Notes: generated from the letters alone by a model not told the origin. Numbered from the stretch's first letter, positions 37,137 to 49,340 are shown. The stretch is DNA of 64,000 nt from Octopus bimaculoides (GCF_001194135.2 NC_068996.1:26415722-26479721), one strand, 5' to 3'. A program made the numbers and translations.

Positions 37137-37790
37137 TCATCATCATCATCATCGTTTAACGTCCGCTTTCCATGCTAGCATGGGTTGGACGATTTGACTG
37201 AGGACTGGTGAAACCGGATGGCAACACCAGGCTCCAGTCTGATTTGGCAGAGTTTCTACAGCTGGATGCCCTTCCTAACGCCAACCACTCAGAGAGTGTA
37301 GTGGGTGCTTTTACGTGTCACCCGCACGAAAACGGCCACGCTCGAAATGGTGTCTTTTATGTGCCNNNNNNNNNNNNNNNNNNNNNNNNNNNNNNNNNNN
37401 NNNNNNNNNNNNNNNNNNNNNNNNNNNNNNNNNNNNNNNNNNNNNNNNNNNNNNNNNNNNNNNNNNNNNNNNNNNNNNNNNNNNNNNNNNNNNNNNNNNN
37501 NNNNNNNNNNNNNNNGGCACTGGTAACGATCTTACTTGGCTTGCCGGGTCTTCTCACGCACAGCCCATTTCCAAAGGTCTCGGTCCGTAGTCATCGCCTC
37601 GGTGAGGCCCAATGTACGAAGGTCTTGCCTCACCACCTCAGCCCAGGTCTTCCTGGGCCTACCTCTTCCACGGGTTCCCTCAACTGTTAGGGTGTGGCAC
37701 TTTTTCACGCAGCTATCCTCCTCCATTCTCACCACATGTCCATACCAGCGCAATCGTCTCTCTTGCACGCCACAACTGATGCTTCTAAAT
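37137..37790 (-). mobile_element. 5'-truncated RTE LINE (ORF2 C-terminus, 3' UTR, (GAT)n tail) inserted in the PLE
   Basis: QERRLRWYGHVVRMEEDSCVKKCHTLTVEGTRGRGRPRKTWAEVVRQDLRTLGLTEAMTTDRDLWKWAVREKTRQAK*, an uninterrupted frame. Confidence 0.92.
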
Positions 37791-37799
37791 TATTGCTCT

Positions 37800-38380
37800 G
37801 TTGGTTGGTAGTATAATTCGAGTTATAAACGTTGTCTTTAGGTTGGTCATGTGAGTTATGGTTGATGTCAAGAAGGTTATTTTGAATACTGACTAATCTT
37901 CACCTCAGTTTACGGTTGTCAATCCCATGAATATGGTGCTCTAAGTTTGATGAATTTGCATAGGATAGTTTTATAGTGTGACAGTTGAATATTTTGCTGT
38001 ACATTCCATTTTTAGGGAAGCAGTGATCAAGTGCGGTGAAAAATTGTTTCGTGATCTTAGATGAGATGTTGGAGTTCCAGATTGGATTATACCAAAGGAC
38101 ATCATGGTTTTTATATTTTCGGTTAGGTCTGTTTGTCTGGGTGCTTGGAACAGCTATTAGATTTTGTGGTAGTAGTTGTTTGATTTGTTGTCTATTACAA
38201 GTTTTCCATAACTCATGGTTGATTCTAATGTGTCTGGGTTTGGTTAGTTTTATCTTATGGTTTGGGATTCTATCATCAAGGTTTTTGATATTGTTTATGT
38301 AGTTATTGTTGTGTTTGGTAAAGTTGTTATAATGAATTGTATTATTTCTAGTTGAGTTATAAGAGTTATTATTATTATTG

Positions 38381-38430
<50 letters not shown>

Positions 38431-38440
38431 GCTACTACTA
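37800..38440 (-). mobile_element. PLE RT-thumb to endonuclease linker, with (AGT)n/(AAT)n low-complexity start
   Basis: RKYKNHDVLWYNPIWNSNISSKITKQFFTALDHCFPKNGMYSKIFNCHTIKLSYA resembles the WFNPP...KHFP...KIFNRNTVKVSYS block. Confidence 0.75.
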
Positions 38441-38830
38441 GTATATTGGATTTGTCAGCTAGTACGATTATTCCCTGGGCCTTTTCAAACTCATCAAGTA
38501 TTTTCCTAAGTTTATGTTGGTGTGAATTTGTTCTGATATAGTTTTTTCTAAATCCAATGTTTTTGATAATGTTGTATTACTCTTCCTCGAATTTAGCAAG
38601 ATGTTTGTTGAAGGGTGGGTTGTTTTGTGATTTAAGTTCGCGTTGAAGTATTTGATTAGTTACTGACTCATTTTGTTAGTTTTCTTTGTAGTTGAAGAAG
38701 TGGGCTTTCCATGCATTCTACGAATGAATTGGCCGGCCTTCTCAAGAAGTAATCTCTTGTATTCTTTTCTACCTGGTATGGGTATGCCTTAGAGTGAGTC
38801 ATCTAATACCATCTTTTCCATCTTCTCAGC
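38441..38830 (-). mobile_element. PLE ORF N-terminal region
   Basis: MEKMVLDDSL..IPIPGRKEYKRLLLEKAGQFIRRM/WKAHFF...FEEE*YNIIKNIGFRK...IVLADKSNI. Confidence 0.7.
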
Positions 38831-38899
38831 ACATTAAAGGTAAGCACTGTCGTTTGTAATACGGGTGATGGTAGTTAATATTAACCCTATCAGCTTCCT

Positions 38900-39497
38900 A
38901 GAAATATTTCAAATTTTTCCAGATACAAAATTGACATAATACTAGCTGCGCAAGGAACCTTGGTAGGTTTTCATAATAATTTATGGTATAAATCTGACAC
39001 TCCAAATGCGTTTGACATAGCTATGGGATCATTTGATTCTGGAGAAGTAACTAACCTTGTAGGAATTTGCATTCTATCCCAGATACGCTTATATATTCCT
39101 GGATTGAATGGAGGCCTATACAGAAATGATGCATTATTCTTCCTACATAAATGCAGCAAAGTACAGCGCAAAAAGTACAAAAAATCTCTAAGTTTTTCAA
39201 AAATAATGGACTCTCCATCACTATAATCAATGAATACCGTAGAGTCAATTTTTTAGATGCTATTTTTGACTTCGATACTGGTCTATACAAACCATTCAAT
39301 AAACCTAATGAGAACCTAATATACATCAACGTTGGATCTAATCATCCACCATCAATAATTAGAGGACTCGTTAACAATGTCTCAGCTAGAATATCCAGGT
39401 TATCTGCAAATGAAAATATATTCAACATACACGCACCTTATTATAACTCAGCCTTAGCTAAGGCTGGACCATGAGAAAATCCAATATACCAGTAGTA
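38900..39497 (+). mobile_element. PLE reverse transcriptase core (motif 4 to thumb), inverted relative to the rest of the element
   Basis: FDIAMGSFDSGEVTNLVG...GLYRNDAL (YRDD mutated), then VNFLDAIFD...YKPFNKPNE..IYINVGSNHPPSII...RISRLS; one frameshift near 39170. Confidence 0.85.
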
Positions 39498-39820
39498 TAT
39501 TTTCCTCTAAGTATTATCTTCCCTTCAACTTCTACATCCTTTTCTTTCTTTTAGCAGCTACAACAGTGAAAGTTCATTACGTCATTTTCTCTAAACTAAA
39601 ATGTATAATTTTCACGTTCATATTTGAATTTTTTGTGTTTCAATTTTCCTGTTTTTTATTTATGCTCGAAGTTGATCGAAATATAGTAGTACATAAAACC
39701 GAATCAGAAAATCTCTCGTAAAACTTTTTATTGATGTACCTGAAGAGACACAGAACGGGTCAAAACATGTGTCGTACCCAATAAAATCTTTTCTCCTTCC
39801 ATCTATTTTATTAATACCAT
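39497..39820 (+). repeat. HHR-bearing repeat (candidate PLE pseudo-LTR) with a mutated ribozyme core
   Basis: 39736-39777 reads gtac-ctgaaga-gac...gtc-AAAAC-atgtgtc-gtac; G12 of GAAA is replaced by A. Confidence 0.85.
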
Positions 39821-39936
39821 TACTCAAACCGCCACTACGAAGTTCTTGCAACAAATCTACAGATAACAACAGGTAATCGAAACTGTGCCAGTGCTTCATT
39901 CATCATTTATATTTATACATTTTCAATAATTTCTCC

Positions 39937-40025
<89 letters not shown>

Positions 40026-40589
40026 AGTGTGTATCTTTGTGTCTGTATTTGTCTCCTATCACTGCTTAGCTGGTGTGTTTACGTCTTTGTATCTTAGTGG
40101 TTCAGCAAAAGAGTACTGAGGTTGATACTTTCAACTAAAAATTTTTCAAGGTGGTGCTCCAGCATGGACACAGTCTAATGACTGAAACAAGAAAAGAAGG
40201 TAAAAAGAGACACTTGATTTCCTGATATTACTCATGGTGGCAAAAATACACTTCCAAAGTTAGTCCTTGTTTTGCAAGTCACTTGGTGTCCTCACTCGTC
40301 AGATCCTGTCAAACCATCCAAATTATGACATTGTGGAAATCAAACGCTAACTCTTTACCATTCAGATTACTCTGTCAAATGTAATACTTCTTCATTCACA
40401 CTGCTATTGATTAATTGTGCAATATCTTGTAGCTTTGAAATTTTGTTGATGTGATTGTATATTTTTATAATGGTATTGAAGGGTAGGTGTGATCGGCTGG
40501 ATCTAGTTGATTAGAACATAAAACATGTAGCATATTTGGACCAGATACAACTGGTGTAAATGCTAAAGGGTTGAAGGATGATGATGATG

Positions 40590-40647
<58 letters not shown>

Positions 40648-41189
40648 GTCTTATATTGCATGCTTTGCATTCATGGAAGAAGTGGCACTGCTATGATTAG
40701 AGACTTGCCTGATCCAGGTTGACCAGGGACAAAAAAAGAAATCTTTGGAAACAGAATACGAACATTGTCTGGAAAAAAGGACGAAGAGATGGTCATAACT
40801 GGAGAGGCTATGCAGCAGCAGCAGCAATGACAACAGCAGCAGCAGCAACAACAGCAGAACCAAAAACAACTACTGAAGTAGTAATTGCTAGTACAGCAGC
40901 AACATCACCACCAACACCACCACCAGCAACAGCAACAACAACTCTTTACCTTATAAATGTAGATAATGCTAATGTGTTTATCATTGCTTGCAACTTATAC
41001 ATGTTGGTTCTTGAAGCTTTAAACTCATCCTACCTCACTCCCCCATCCAACTCTCCCCTCCTTTCTCTGTGTTTACTTGTCCTGTTTTCCATTTTTTTTT
41101 TTGTTGTTTATGTATTTCATGTTATTTGCACAGTTGGTGACGTCCTGTACCCATATATGCATGTATATATCATTCGCCATGATAGATCG

Positions 41190-41360
41190 CTGACTACTAC
41201 ACATATATTTTTCTCTCCTTGTTTCTTTCTATGTTCCTTTCTGTTGAAGAGCGTAGGCTCGAAATGTTAAAGACTTTCTCTATTCCCAAGCATTATACTA
41301 ATACATCCATTTGTTGTTTACACCACCTGTCTTCATCTGTTGTTTTTTTGTGAATTCTAC
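41190..41360 (+). mobile_element. CUGUUGA-HHR repeat family copy
   Basis: 41237-41272 cttt-CTGTTGA-A-GAGC(gtag)GCTC-GAAAT-GTT-aaag. Confidence 0.8.
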
Positions 41361-42146
41361 CTTTATATATATATATATATATATGTATATAGATATTATA
41401 TATTATTTATTATTTTGGAGAGAGATCATATAGGAGCCTGGAGCAGCCTCCTGGCTTCCCAGACCCCAGCCGAACCGTCCAACCCATGCTAGCATGGAAA
41501 ACAGATGTTAAACGATGATGATGATGATGATGATGATGATGGTCTGCCTATAAACTTATCAATTTTGTTGCATTCAAAAACTCATATCATCAAAGTGTCT
41601 ATTTTCACAATAGCAGCTAAGCATTTAAGATTTAATTCTAATTTAAAATGACAACCCTAAATATTAGGAGTCACAACACAAGTGTTCTTGGTTGTCTCTT
41701 ATCAGAAACTTTCTGCAAATCATGTTAAACACTATTTTTAGTCTTTCAAATGGTTTCCTAGTCCCACAGACACCAATCCCAGATTTTCATCACTTACTCA
41801 TTCTCACTTCCTTTACCGTTTGGATGAATTTAGAATTAATGGGAAGATTTTGACATGAATATGAAATTATCATCATCATCATAATTTAACATCCTCCTTC
41901 TATGCTGGATACCTCAGATGGAATGAGAGAGAGAGAGAGAGAGAGAGGGGGGCAGAGAGAAGATAGTGAAAATGTGATGGGAGTGGGAGTACACTTAAGT
42001 TACATGGAAGTGTACGTACTTGACATAGGACCGAAGATTGGATTGGGTCAATGAGTGGGTAAGTTTGTGAGACTGTGAAAGGCAAGTGGTAGATGGTTTG
42101 GGACTGTAGTGAGTGGACACAAGTAGAGGAGAGGGAGTAGGGGGAT

Positions 42147-42245
42147 ATGTGTGTGGGGGTTAGAAGGATATGTTGCATGTGTGTGGGGGTTAGAAGGATA
42201 TGTTGCATGTGTGTGGGGGTTAGAAGGATATGTTGCATGTGTGTG
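42147..42245. repeat. 30-bp minisatellite, 3.3 perfect copies
   Basis: Unit atgtgtgtgggggttagaaggatatgttgc. Confidence 0.95.
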
Positions 42246-42429
42246 TTGGGTGGGGAGAGATTCGACAGGGACACATTGTGCACAGATAGGTTCACAAGGG
42301 TGAGAAGGGAGAGCAGGAATGAAAGGAATACAGTGCAGGAATACAGTGAGTAGTGAATATGAAAGGAAGGGGGGTAAGTGTTTGAGATATGTGATGGAGG
42401 CTTTGTCAGGGGCATAGACATAAGCAACA

Positions 42430-43835
42430 TGTTTTTTAGGGCCTTGATTTTACAAGTCTTCTCAAGAACATAACATGACCAGTAATCTCAGTCCTTTGGC
42501 ATCTTAATGAGGCTCAACATCATCTCACCACTTTGTGCTATGTTTTCCTAGGTCTTCTTCTTTCTCAGGTTCCCTACACAATTAGAGATCAGCACTTCTT
42601 TATACAGTTATCTTCATCCATATGTATTACATGACTATACCAGTGCAGTCTTTTCTCTTACACACCACATCTGATGCCTCTTATGCCCAATTTTTCTCTC
42701 AACACATTTACACTTTGTTGAACATACACACTGCCATTGTACATGTAACTGCATGCTAACTTCATTTCTTTCAAGCTTTCACATGACCCAGACATTCACT
42801 ACCCACATTTCACTTCTGTGTAGCACAACTATTTGTGCACAAGCATCATACACTCTGCCTTTTACTCTGAGGGAGAAGTCCTTTGTTATCAACAAAGGTA
42901 ATAGTTTTCTGAACTGGCTCTAGTTGGTTCTTATACAAGCAATCGTGCTTTCAGAGTATCCTCCTCCATTGCTAATTAGGTCACCTAGATAATGAACATT
43001 AATACATCCAATGATCCTACTAAGCATTTGAGGAAATCTATTTCATGAACATTCTTAGTATTTATTGTTCCTGCATATTGCCAGACACAGAGACTACTTT
43101 CTCTGTTAACCTTCCAATGATTCCGTTGCACATCTTATGTATCTATAACTTGCATTGGGTAAGGAATTTCCACTTACGCCTTTTCTACAAATCAAGCAGG
43201 GCCATTTCCCTGAAGGAATTAGTAATCTGCCTGCTTTCCAGGTTACTCAGTTAACTTTAGGGCCCTTTGATTCCAGGCTTTGCCTCCACACTGGAAATTT
43301 CTTCTCTAATTCTACTACAGATCATCAGCATAGAAGAGCTCTCATGGAAAACCAGCTTTAAATTCTTCTGTTATGGCCTAGAGGACTATGATAAATAAGA
43401 GGGGGCACAGAACTGAACCTTGGTGAACTCCTCTTTGCATGCTTAGTTCATTGCTATACTCATTTCTGATTTTCAGCTTCTAACAACACTCCTGTACATG
43501 GCTTGGACATTTCTCACCAGTCACTCATTTACCCCTTGCTTCCATAGCAACCACTAGATGAAAGAGCAAGGGATCCTGTCAAAGGCTTTCTCCAGCTCAA
43601 AAAATGCAAAGTACAGCAGTTATTTTTGGTTACATGTTTCTCATGTTGTTGCCTTACTAAGAAGATAACATCAGCAGTGCTTCTCCATAGCACAAAACCA
43701 TACTGCATCTTATCTAGATTTATGCTCTTCCCAATTAATTGAGCCATGATCCTTTCTGTAACTTTCGTGACCTGGTCCAACAATTTGATACCTCTGCAAT
43801 TATTTCTTTCTAAGACCTTTTCTTTAAACTTGTAA
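42430..43835 (-). mobile_element. RTE LINE relic, about 1.4 kb (RT through C-terminus)
   Basis: NCRGIKLLDQVTKVTER...LDKMQYGF...STADVIFLVRQ; downstream GKWPCLICRKG and LHWYSHV motifs; many stops and frameshifts. Confidence 0.88.
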
Positions 43836-43894
43836 TACTTCACTATAATGCTGCTACATCAGTTGTTGCAAATGGATTTGGTAAACACAATCTA

Positions 43895-44284
43895 TGTATG
43901 TATGCTTCCCAACCACATGGTTCCAGGTTCAGTCCCACTGTGTGGCACCTTGGGCAAGTGTTTTTTACTACAGCCTCTGGCTGACCAAACCCATGGGAGT
44001 GAATCTGATGGATGGAAACTGAAAGAAGCCTGTCATATATATATATATGTGTGTGTATGTGTGTGTGTGCATGTGTGTCTTTGTGCCTGAGTTTGTCTCC
44101 CTCTACTGCTTGACAACTGGTGTTGGTGTGTTTACATCCCCTAACTTAGCAGCTCAGCAAAAGTGGCTGATAGAATAAGTACTAGGCTGAAAAAAAATAA
44201 CTCCTGGGGTCTATTTGCTTGACTGATAATTCTTCAAGGTGGCGCCCCAGCATGGCTACAGTCAAATGACTGAAACAAGTAGAT
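43895..44284 (+). mobile_element. SINE family A, nearly full length
   Basis: All modules present. Confidence 0.88.
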
Positions 44285-44579
44285 NNNNNNNNNNNNNNNN
44301 NNNNNNNNNNNNNNNNNNNNNNNNNNNNNNNNNNNNNNNNNNNNNNNNNNNNNNNNNNNNNNNNNNNNNNNNNNNNNNNNNNNNNNNNNNNNNNNNNNNN
44401 NNNNNNNNNNNNNNNNNNNNNNNNNNNNNNNNNNNNNNNNNNNNNNNNNNNNNNNNNNNNNNNNNNNNNNNNNNNNNNNNNNNNNNNNNNNNNNNNNNNN
44501 NNNNNNNNNNNNNNNNNNNNNNNNNNNNNNNNNNNNNNNNNNNNNNNNNNNNNNNNNNNNNNNNNNNNNNNNNNNNNNN

Positions 44580-44770
44580 GGGTGAAATGCTTAGCGGTAT
44601 TTCGTCTGCCGTTACGTTCTGAGATCAACTTTGCCTTTCATCCTTTTGGAGTCGATAAATTAAGTACCAGTTATGCACTGGGGTCGATGTAATCGACTTA
44701 ATCCATTTGTCTGTTCTTGTTTGTCCCCTCTATGTTTAGTCTCTTGTGGGCAATAAAGAAATAAGAAACA
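44580..44770 (+). mobile_element. SINE family B, long-tail variant
   Basis: ggtgaaatgcttagcggtatttcg...gtcgataaattaagtaccagttatgcactggggtcgatgtaatcgact...gggcaataaagaaa. Confidence 0.85.
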
Positions 44771-45278
44771 GGTGAGGGTTGGTGACAGGAAGGGCACCTC
44801 AACAACAGAAAATCTGCCTCAACAAATTTTGCCTGACCCAAGCAAACATGAAAAAGTAAACATAAAATGGTGATGATATATAATCTCAGTCTACATTGCA
44901 ACTATCATTTTGTGACTTTTGATTCACCATGCTTATACTGCTGGTTGGGTCTTTTGTGGTCAAGTTTTCTTCAAAAGTATAAATACCCAGTCAACATAGT
45001 CCATTGCTATCTTTTCTGAGAGATGCAACATCTTCAGATCTGGCATCACCAGTTCATCTCCAAGTATTTTATGATATCACTCTAACACAAGTACCATTCA
45101 TTTTAACACACACACTCACACACACTCACACAGTCACACACAAACACAGACAGACAGATAGACAGACATAGGTGTATTATTCAAACCCCAAAGAATTCCT
45201 CTCAACACATGACTATGATGCTCCTCCACTACTTCTGCTTGCGATCAGAGATGCACATACATACATGCATACATATAA

Positions 45279-45663
45279 GAGTGGCTGTGTGGTAAGAAGC
45301 TTGCTTCCCCAACCACATGGTTCGAGTTTCAGTCCCACAGTGTAGCACCTTGGGCAAGTGTCTTCTGTTATAGCCTTGAGCTGACGAAAGCCTTGTGAGT
45401 AGATTTGGTAGATGGAAACTGAAAGAAGCTCATATTTATATATATATATATATATGTATGTATTTGTGTCTGTGTTTGTTCCCCCACCATCACTTGACAA
45501 CTGATGTTCATGTGTTTATGTCACCGTAACTTAGTGGTTCAGCAAAAGAGGCTCATAGAATAAGTACTAGGCTTACAAAGAATAAGTCCTGGGGTTGATT
45601 TGTTCAACTAAAGGCAGTGCTCCAGCATGGCTGCAGTCAAATGACTGAAACAAGTAAAAGAAT
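45279..45663 (+). mobile_element. SINE family A, full length
   Basis: All modules present. Confidence 0.9.
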
Positions 45664-45704
45664 GCATACATATACATGCATATCCATGCATATCCATGCA
45701 TGAT

Positions 45705-45882
45705 AGATCGCTAGCCACTACACATTCTTTATTTTCTCTCCTTGTTTCTTTCTGTGTTCTTTTCTGTGGAAGAGCGTAGACTCGAAACGTTAAAGACTTC
45801 TTCAATTCCCAAGCGTTAAACTAATACATCTGTTTGTTGTCTACACCACCTGTCTTCATCTTTTGTTTTTTTTGTGAATTCT

Positions 45883-45885
<3 letters not shown>
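45705..45885 (+). mobile_element. CUGUUGA-HHR repeat family copy
   Basis: 45760-45795 tttt-CTGTGGA-A-GAGC(gtag)ACTC-GAAAC-GTT-aaag. Confidence 0.8.
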
Positions 45886-45918
<33 letters not shown>

Positions 45919-45974
45919 TCATCATCATCATCATCACTTAACATCTGCTTTCCATGCAGGATGGTCTTGACAAC

Positions 45975-46330
45975 ATTGCTTTATAGTGCTGAATCTTGGA
46001 CTCTGTACTGAAAGCACACCAACCTGCTCAAGACTTTTCATATGTGATGCTTGCATACTATCTCCAACATAAAACTGAGTGACCATAAGCATAACAGTGA
46101 GGTACAAACAAAATGCAACATACCAGGTATTGAAGCCATCCTCATCAAAATACAGCTTAGATGGTCAGAACATCTCTCACATATAAGTGACATCAGAATT
46201 TTGAAGCAACTTCTCTTTGGCCAATTCCCAGCAGGAAGGTCAGTTGGAAGGCCACTTTTGCGCTTCAAAGACAAACTAAAAGACAATCTGAAGGGATGCA
46301 ACATTCATTTTCCTTCCAGGGAAAAACAAA
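45975..46330 (+). mobile_element. RTE (BovB-like) LINE C-terminal relic, a different lineage from the other RTE copies
   Basis: NIPGIEAILIKIQLRWSEHLSHISDIRILKQLLFG...GRPLLRFKDKLKDNLKGCNI. Confidence 0.8.
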
Positions 46331-47754
46331 GCATCAGGATGCAGGACTTGATGTATGTATATGCCTCCGTGAGGGGTTGGGTGAGACAAAATGTTTGCAT
46401 GTCATTCATAAAGTTTTCAATGTGTATTGCTAAGTTTATCATTTCTGTATTCACAATAAAAAATTAAAAAATTATCAATTCGTAACCAGGTCTTCTCATT
46501 CAGTATAGTTCTTGGGTTCATTGCTAAATGCATTTCGTAGGTAACCCCTTTGATATAATCCAGAGATGATCGCTAAAACAAGAAATTCTGAGAGAAAGAT
46601 TAAAAATGACATGATATTTTAAACTCTGAAATATGTATGTACAAAACATTGGAGTATGTTTTGCCTATTCTTATTTATAGGTAGTGTGCTTGATGTGCCA
46701 CATCATTTCTGCCAAACATTAGCATTTCAACCCTCACAGGAGTCTCTAGCCAGATGCTGCACTAGTTTCTCTCCTTGTAGCTTTTTAACTGGTAGTGATT
46801 TATTTCACCCACCCATCCAAACACACACACTTTCTCACACATACACACACACACTCACACACACACATGCAAGCACGCACACACACAGTTACACAGACAC
46901 ATACATATAAACATATGTATGTATGTATAAAACCTTTACATTCCCACCTTCTAAAATGAAAATAAATACATTGAAGACAAATTATCAAAGCATATATTTA
47001 AGACATGCATGTACTCTTGGCAGCAGCAGATAAAATAATTTGCTATGTCACCAAAAATGCAGATTAGTTGTTTGTCTTGAGAAATTTATGTTCTTAACTA
47101 ATACATTTTGAGGTTAATGTCCACAAAGATTGAAAAAATTTTTTTTATTCCTCCATTGTTATAATTCTGTCGCCACAGCAAACGTCTTTACTGCTAATTC
47201 CTGATTGGTATTCATTACTTGTATATGGGTTAGTGTTATTCCAAGACGCTTGTGTTTCTAACGATGACAACAAGGAAATGATATACAGGAAGAAAATGGG
47301 ATGAATAAAGGAAAGGTAAAAAGAAATGAAGGAAGGAAGAATGAAGGCAAAGAAGAATAAAAGAATGACTGAATGAAGAAAATGAAAAAGGAAGGAAAGA
47401 AGAAGAAAGAATGAGACCAAAAGAATAACAATGAATGAATGAATGAAATGGGAAAAGGAAGGAAAGAAGAATGAAAGAGAAGAATAAACAATAATAAATG
47501 AATGAAAAAGGAAGGAAAGAAAAATGAATGAATAAAACAAACAAAAATGGTAAGAAGAAAAAAAGAATAAAGAAAGAATAAAACATATGAAAAGAAAAAA
47601 AGAGGGAAAGACAAAGAATGAAAAGAGAAATAACTGCAGCACATTTACCACAACAACAACAACCCTTGTTACTAACACCATCACCACCAGCATCAGGCCA
47701 CACTCTCCTTCTTTTTCTTTTCTCCTCCTCCTTCTCCTTCTCCCCTTCTACCAC

Positions 47755-47955
47755 AGAATTGTTGCAGCATCAGACAAAATACTTTGCAGTATTTTTCTCC
47801 AGGCACTTTACATTCTGAGTTCAAATTCCACCAAGGTCAACACTGCCTTTCATTCCTCTGAGGTTAATGGTATAATGTACCAGTTAAGTACTGGAGGTGA
47901 TGTAACAGAATAACTCCACTCTCCTTAAAGGTTGCCAGCTTGTACCTAAATTAGA
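47755..47955 (+). mobile_element. SINE family B followed by an (ATT)n tract
   Basis: ctgagttcaaattccaccaaggtcaacactgcctttcattcc...gtaccagttaagtactggagg. Confidence 0.75.
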
Positions 47956-47961
47956 AGTCAC

Positions 47962-48027
<66 letters not shown>

Positions 48028-48039
48028 CAGGCTTTGTGC

Positions 48040-48581
48040 CTTTAAAAGAAAGGATTGTTATTATTATTGAGTGAGAGAACAGAGCATGCCATCAAAGTGA
48101 CACTAGGGTACAAATATACGAAGCCTAATATACCCATCATGACTACCTGTCTGATAAGGGTACACCAGGCATATGCATCACAACCATATGTGTGCGACAT
48201 AGGGATCTCATATGGAGATAAACAGCGCATCACCTTGCAATTAGAATTTTTTTTCAGGTCGAGTAGCCCATCCTGCTCAAAAGGTCCCTGAATAAGGTTT
48301 GTTTAAAGATGTTGAGCAAAACAATGTTTCCAAAGGTGAATTATTCAAACCCCAAAGAATTCCTCTCAGCACATGGCTTGATGCTCCCCAACTACTTCTG
48401 CTCACGATCAGAGATGTACATATCGTCAGCCACCAAGGGACATGCTCAACTGGCTAAAGTCAAATAGCTGACAAGCAAATCTGTAGTATTGAGCAGAATA
48501 TTTGCTGTAGCCCATCTTTTATACCATGACAAAACGAGGTACACATGATAACTCTTCCAGTCAGTTAAGATCAAAAGCCAT

Positions 48582-48590
<9 letters not shown>
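48040..48590. mobile_element. Unclassified interspersed repeat between (ATT)n tracts
   Basis: Segment 48340-48420 is repeated at 45175-45260 (attattcaaaccccaaagaattcctctca...gatcagagatg). Confidence 0.6.
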
Positions 48591-48622
<32 letters not shown>

Positions 48623-48926
48623 GTTATTATTATTATTATTATTATTTATTTATTTTTCTGTTGTTTCATAGGATTGGTGTTTTGCTTGTTTTAATAATGA
48701 TTCCTATCAAACCAGAAGAGTTCTCCAGGCACTTTACATTCTGAGTTCAAATTCCACCAAGGTCAACACTGCCTTTTCTTGTTTGATATGAATATATCGG
48801 TTATAATTTGGCTTAACATGTATATAAGAGTGTGTGAGTGTGTGAGTGTGTGTGTGTGTGTGCATATGCGAGTGTATGTGTGTAAGAAGGTGTATGTGTG
48901 TAGGTGTCTATCTATCTATCTATATA

Positions 48927-48963
<37 letters not shown>

Positions 48964-49340
48964 TTTTAGAAAGACATAAATCCAGAGAAGAAGCACACTC
49001 TAAGTAGAGCAGTCGATATTAATTACTGGTGAAGACTGGTTTGTAGGGTTACCCTGGGTTTCTCACCATAAAGGGTACCTTTATGGTATATCTTCAGATC
49101 CTAAGACTTGTTGGCCTATGGCCTCTTTAAAATATGGAGGGAGAAATGATATGGATATAAACAATAGGGATTTCCCTTTGTTGCTGGTCATTGGCTTCAG
49201 CTATGTTGTCCTCCTTCAATCATATCACCTGTCAGCTTCAAGGGTAAAAGGTAGAAGGTCAACACCTACTCTCATCAGCAATCAATATCCCGCGGTGCTG
49301 TAATTATTGCTAATACCATTATTATCATTATTTACATTAT

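Noticed and set aside
42147-42245. CRISPR-like array
   Set aside because: The 30-bp units are contiguous with no spacers, the context is eukaryotic, and there are no cas genes.
46470-46575. Minus-strand open frame RSSLDYIKGVTYEMHLAMNPRTILNEKTW after a strong acceptor
   Set aside because: No convincing donor and no recognisable family; worth rechecking only if RNA-seq shows coverage.
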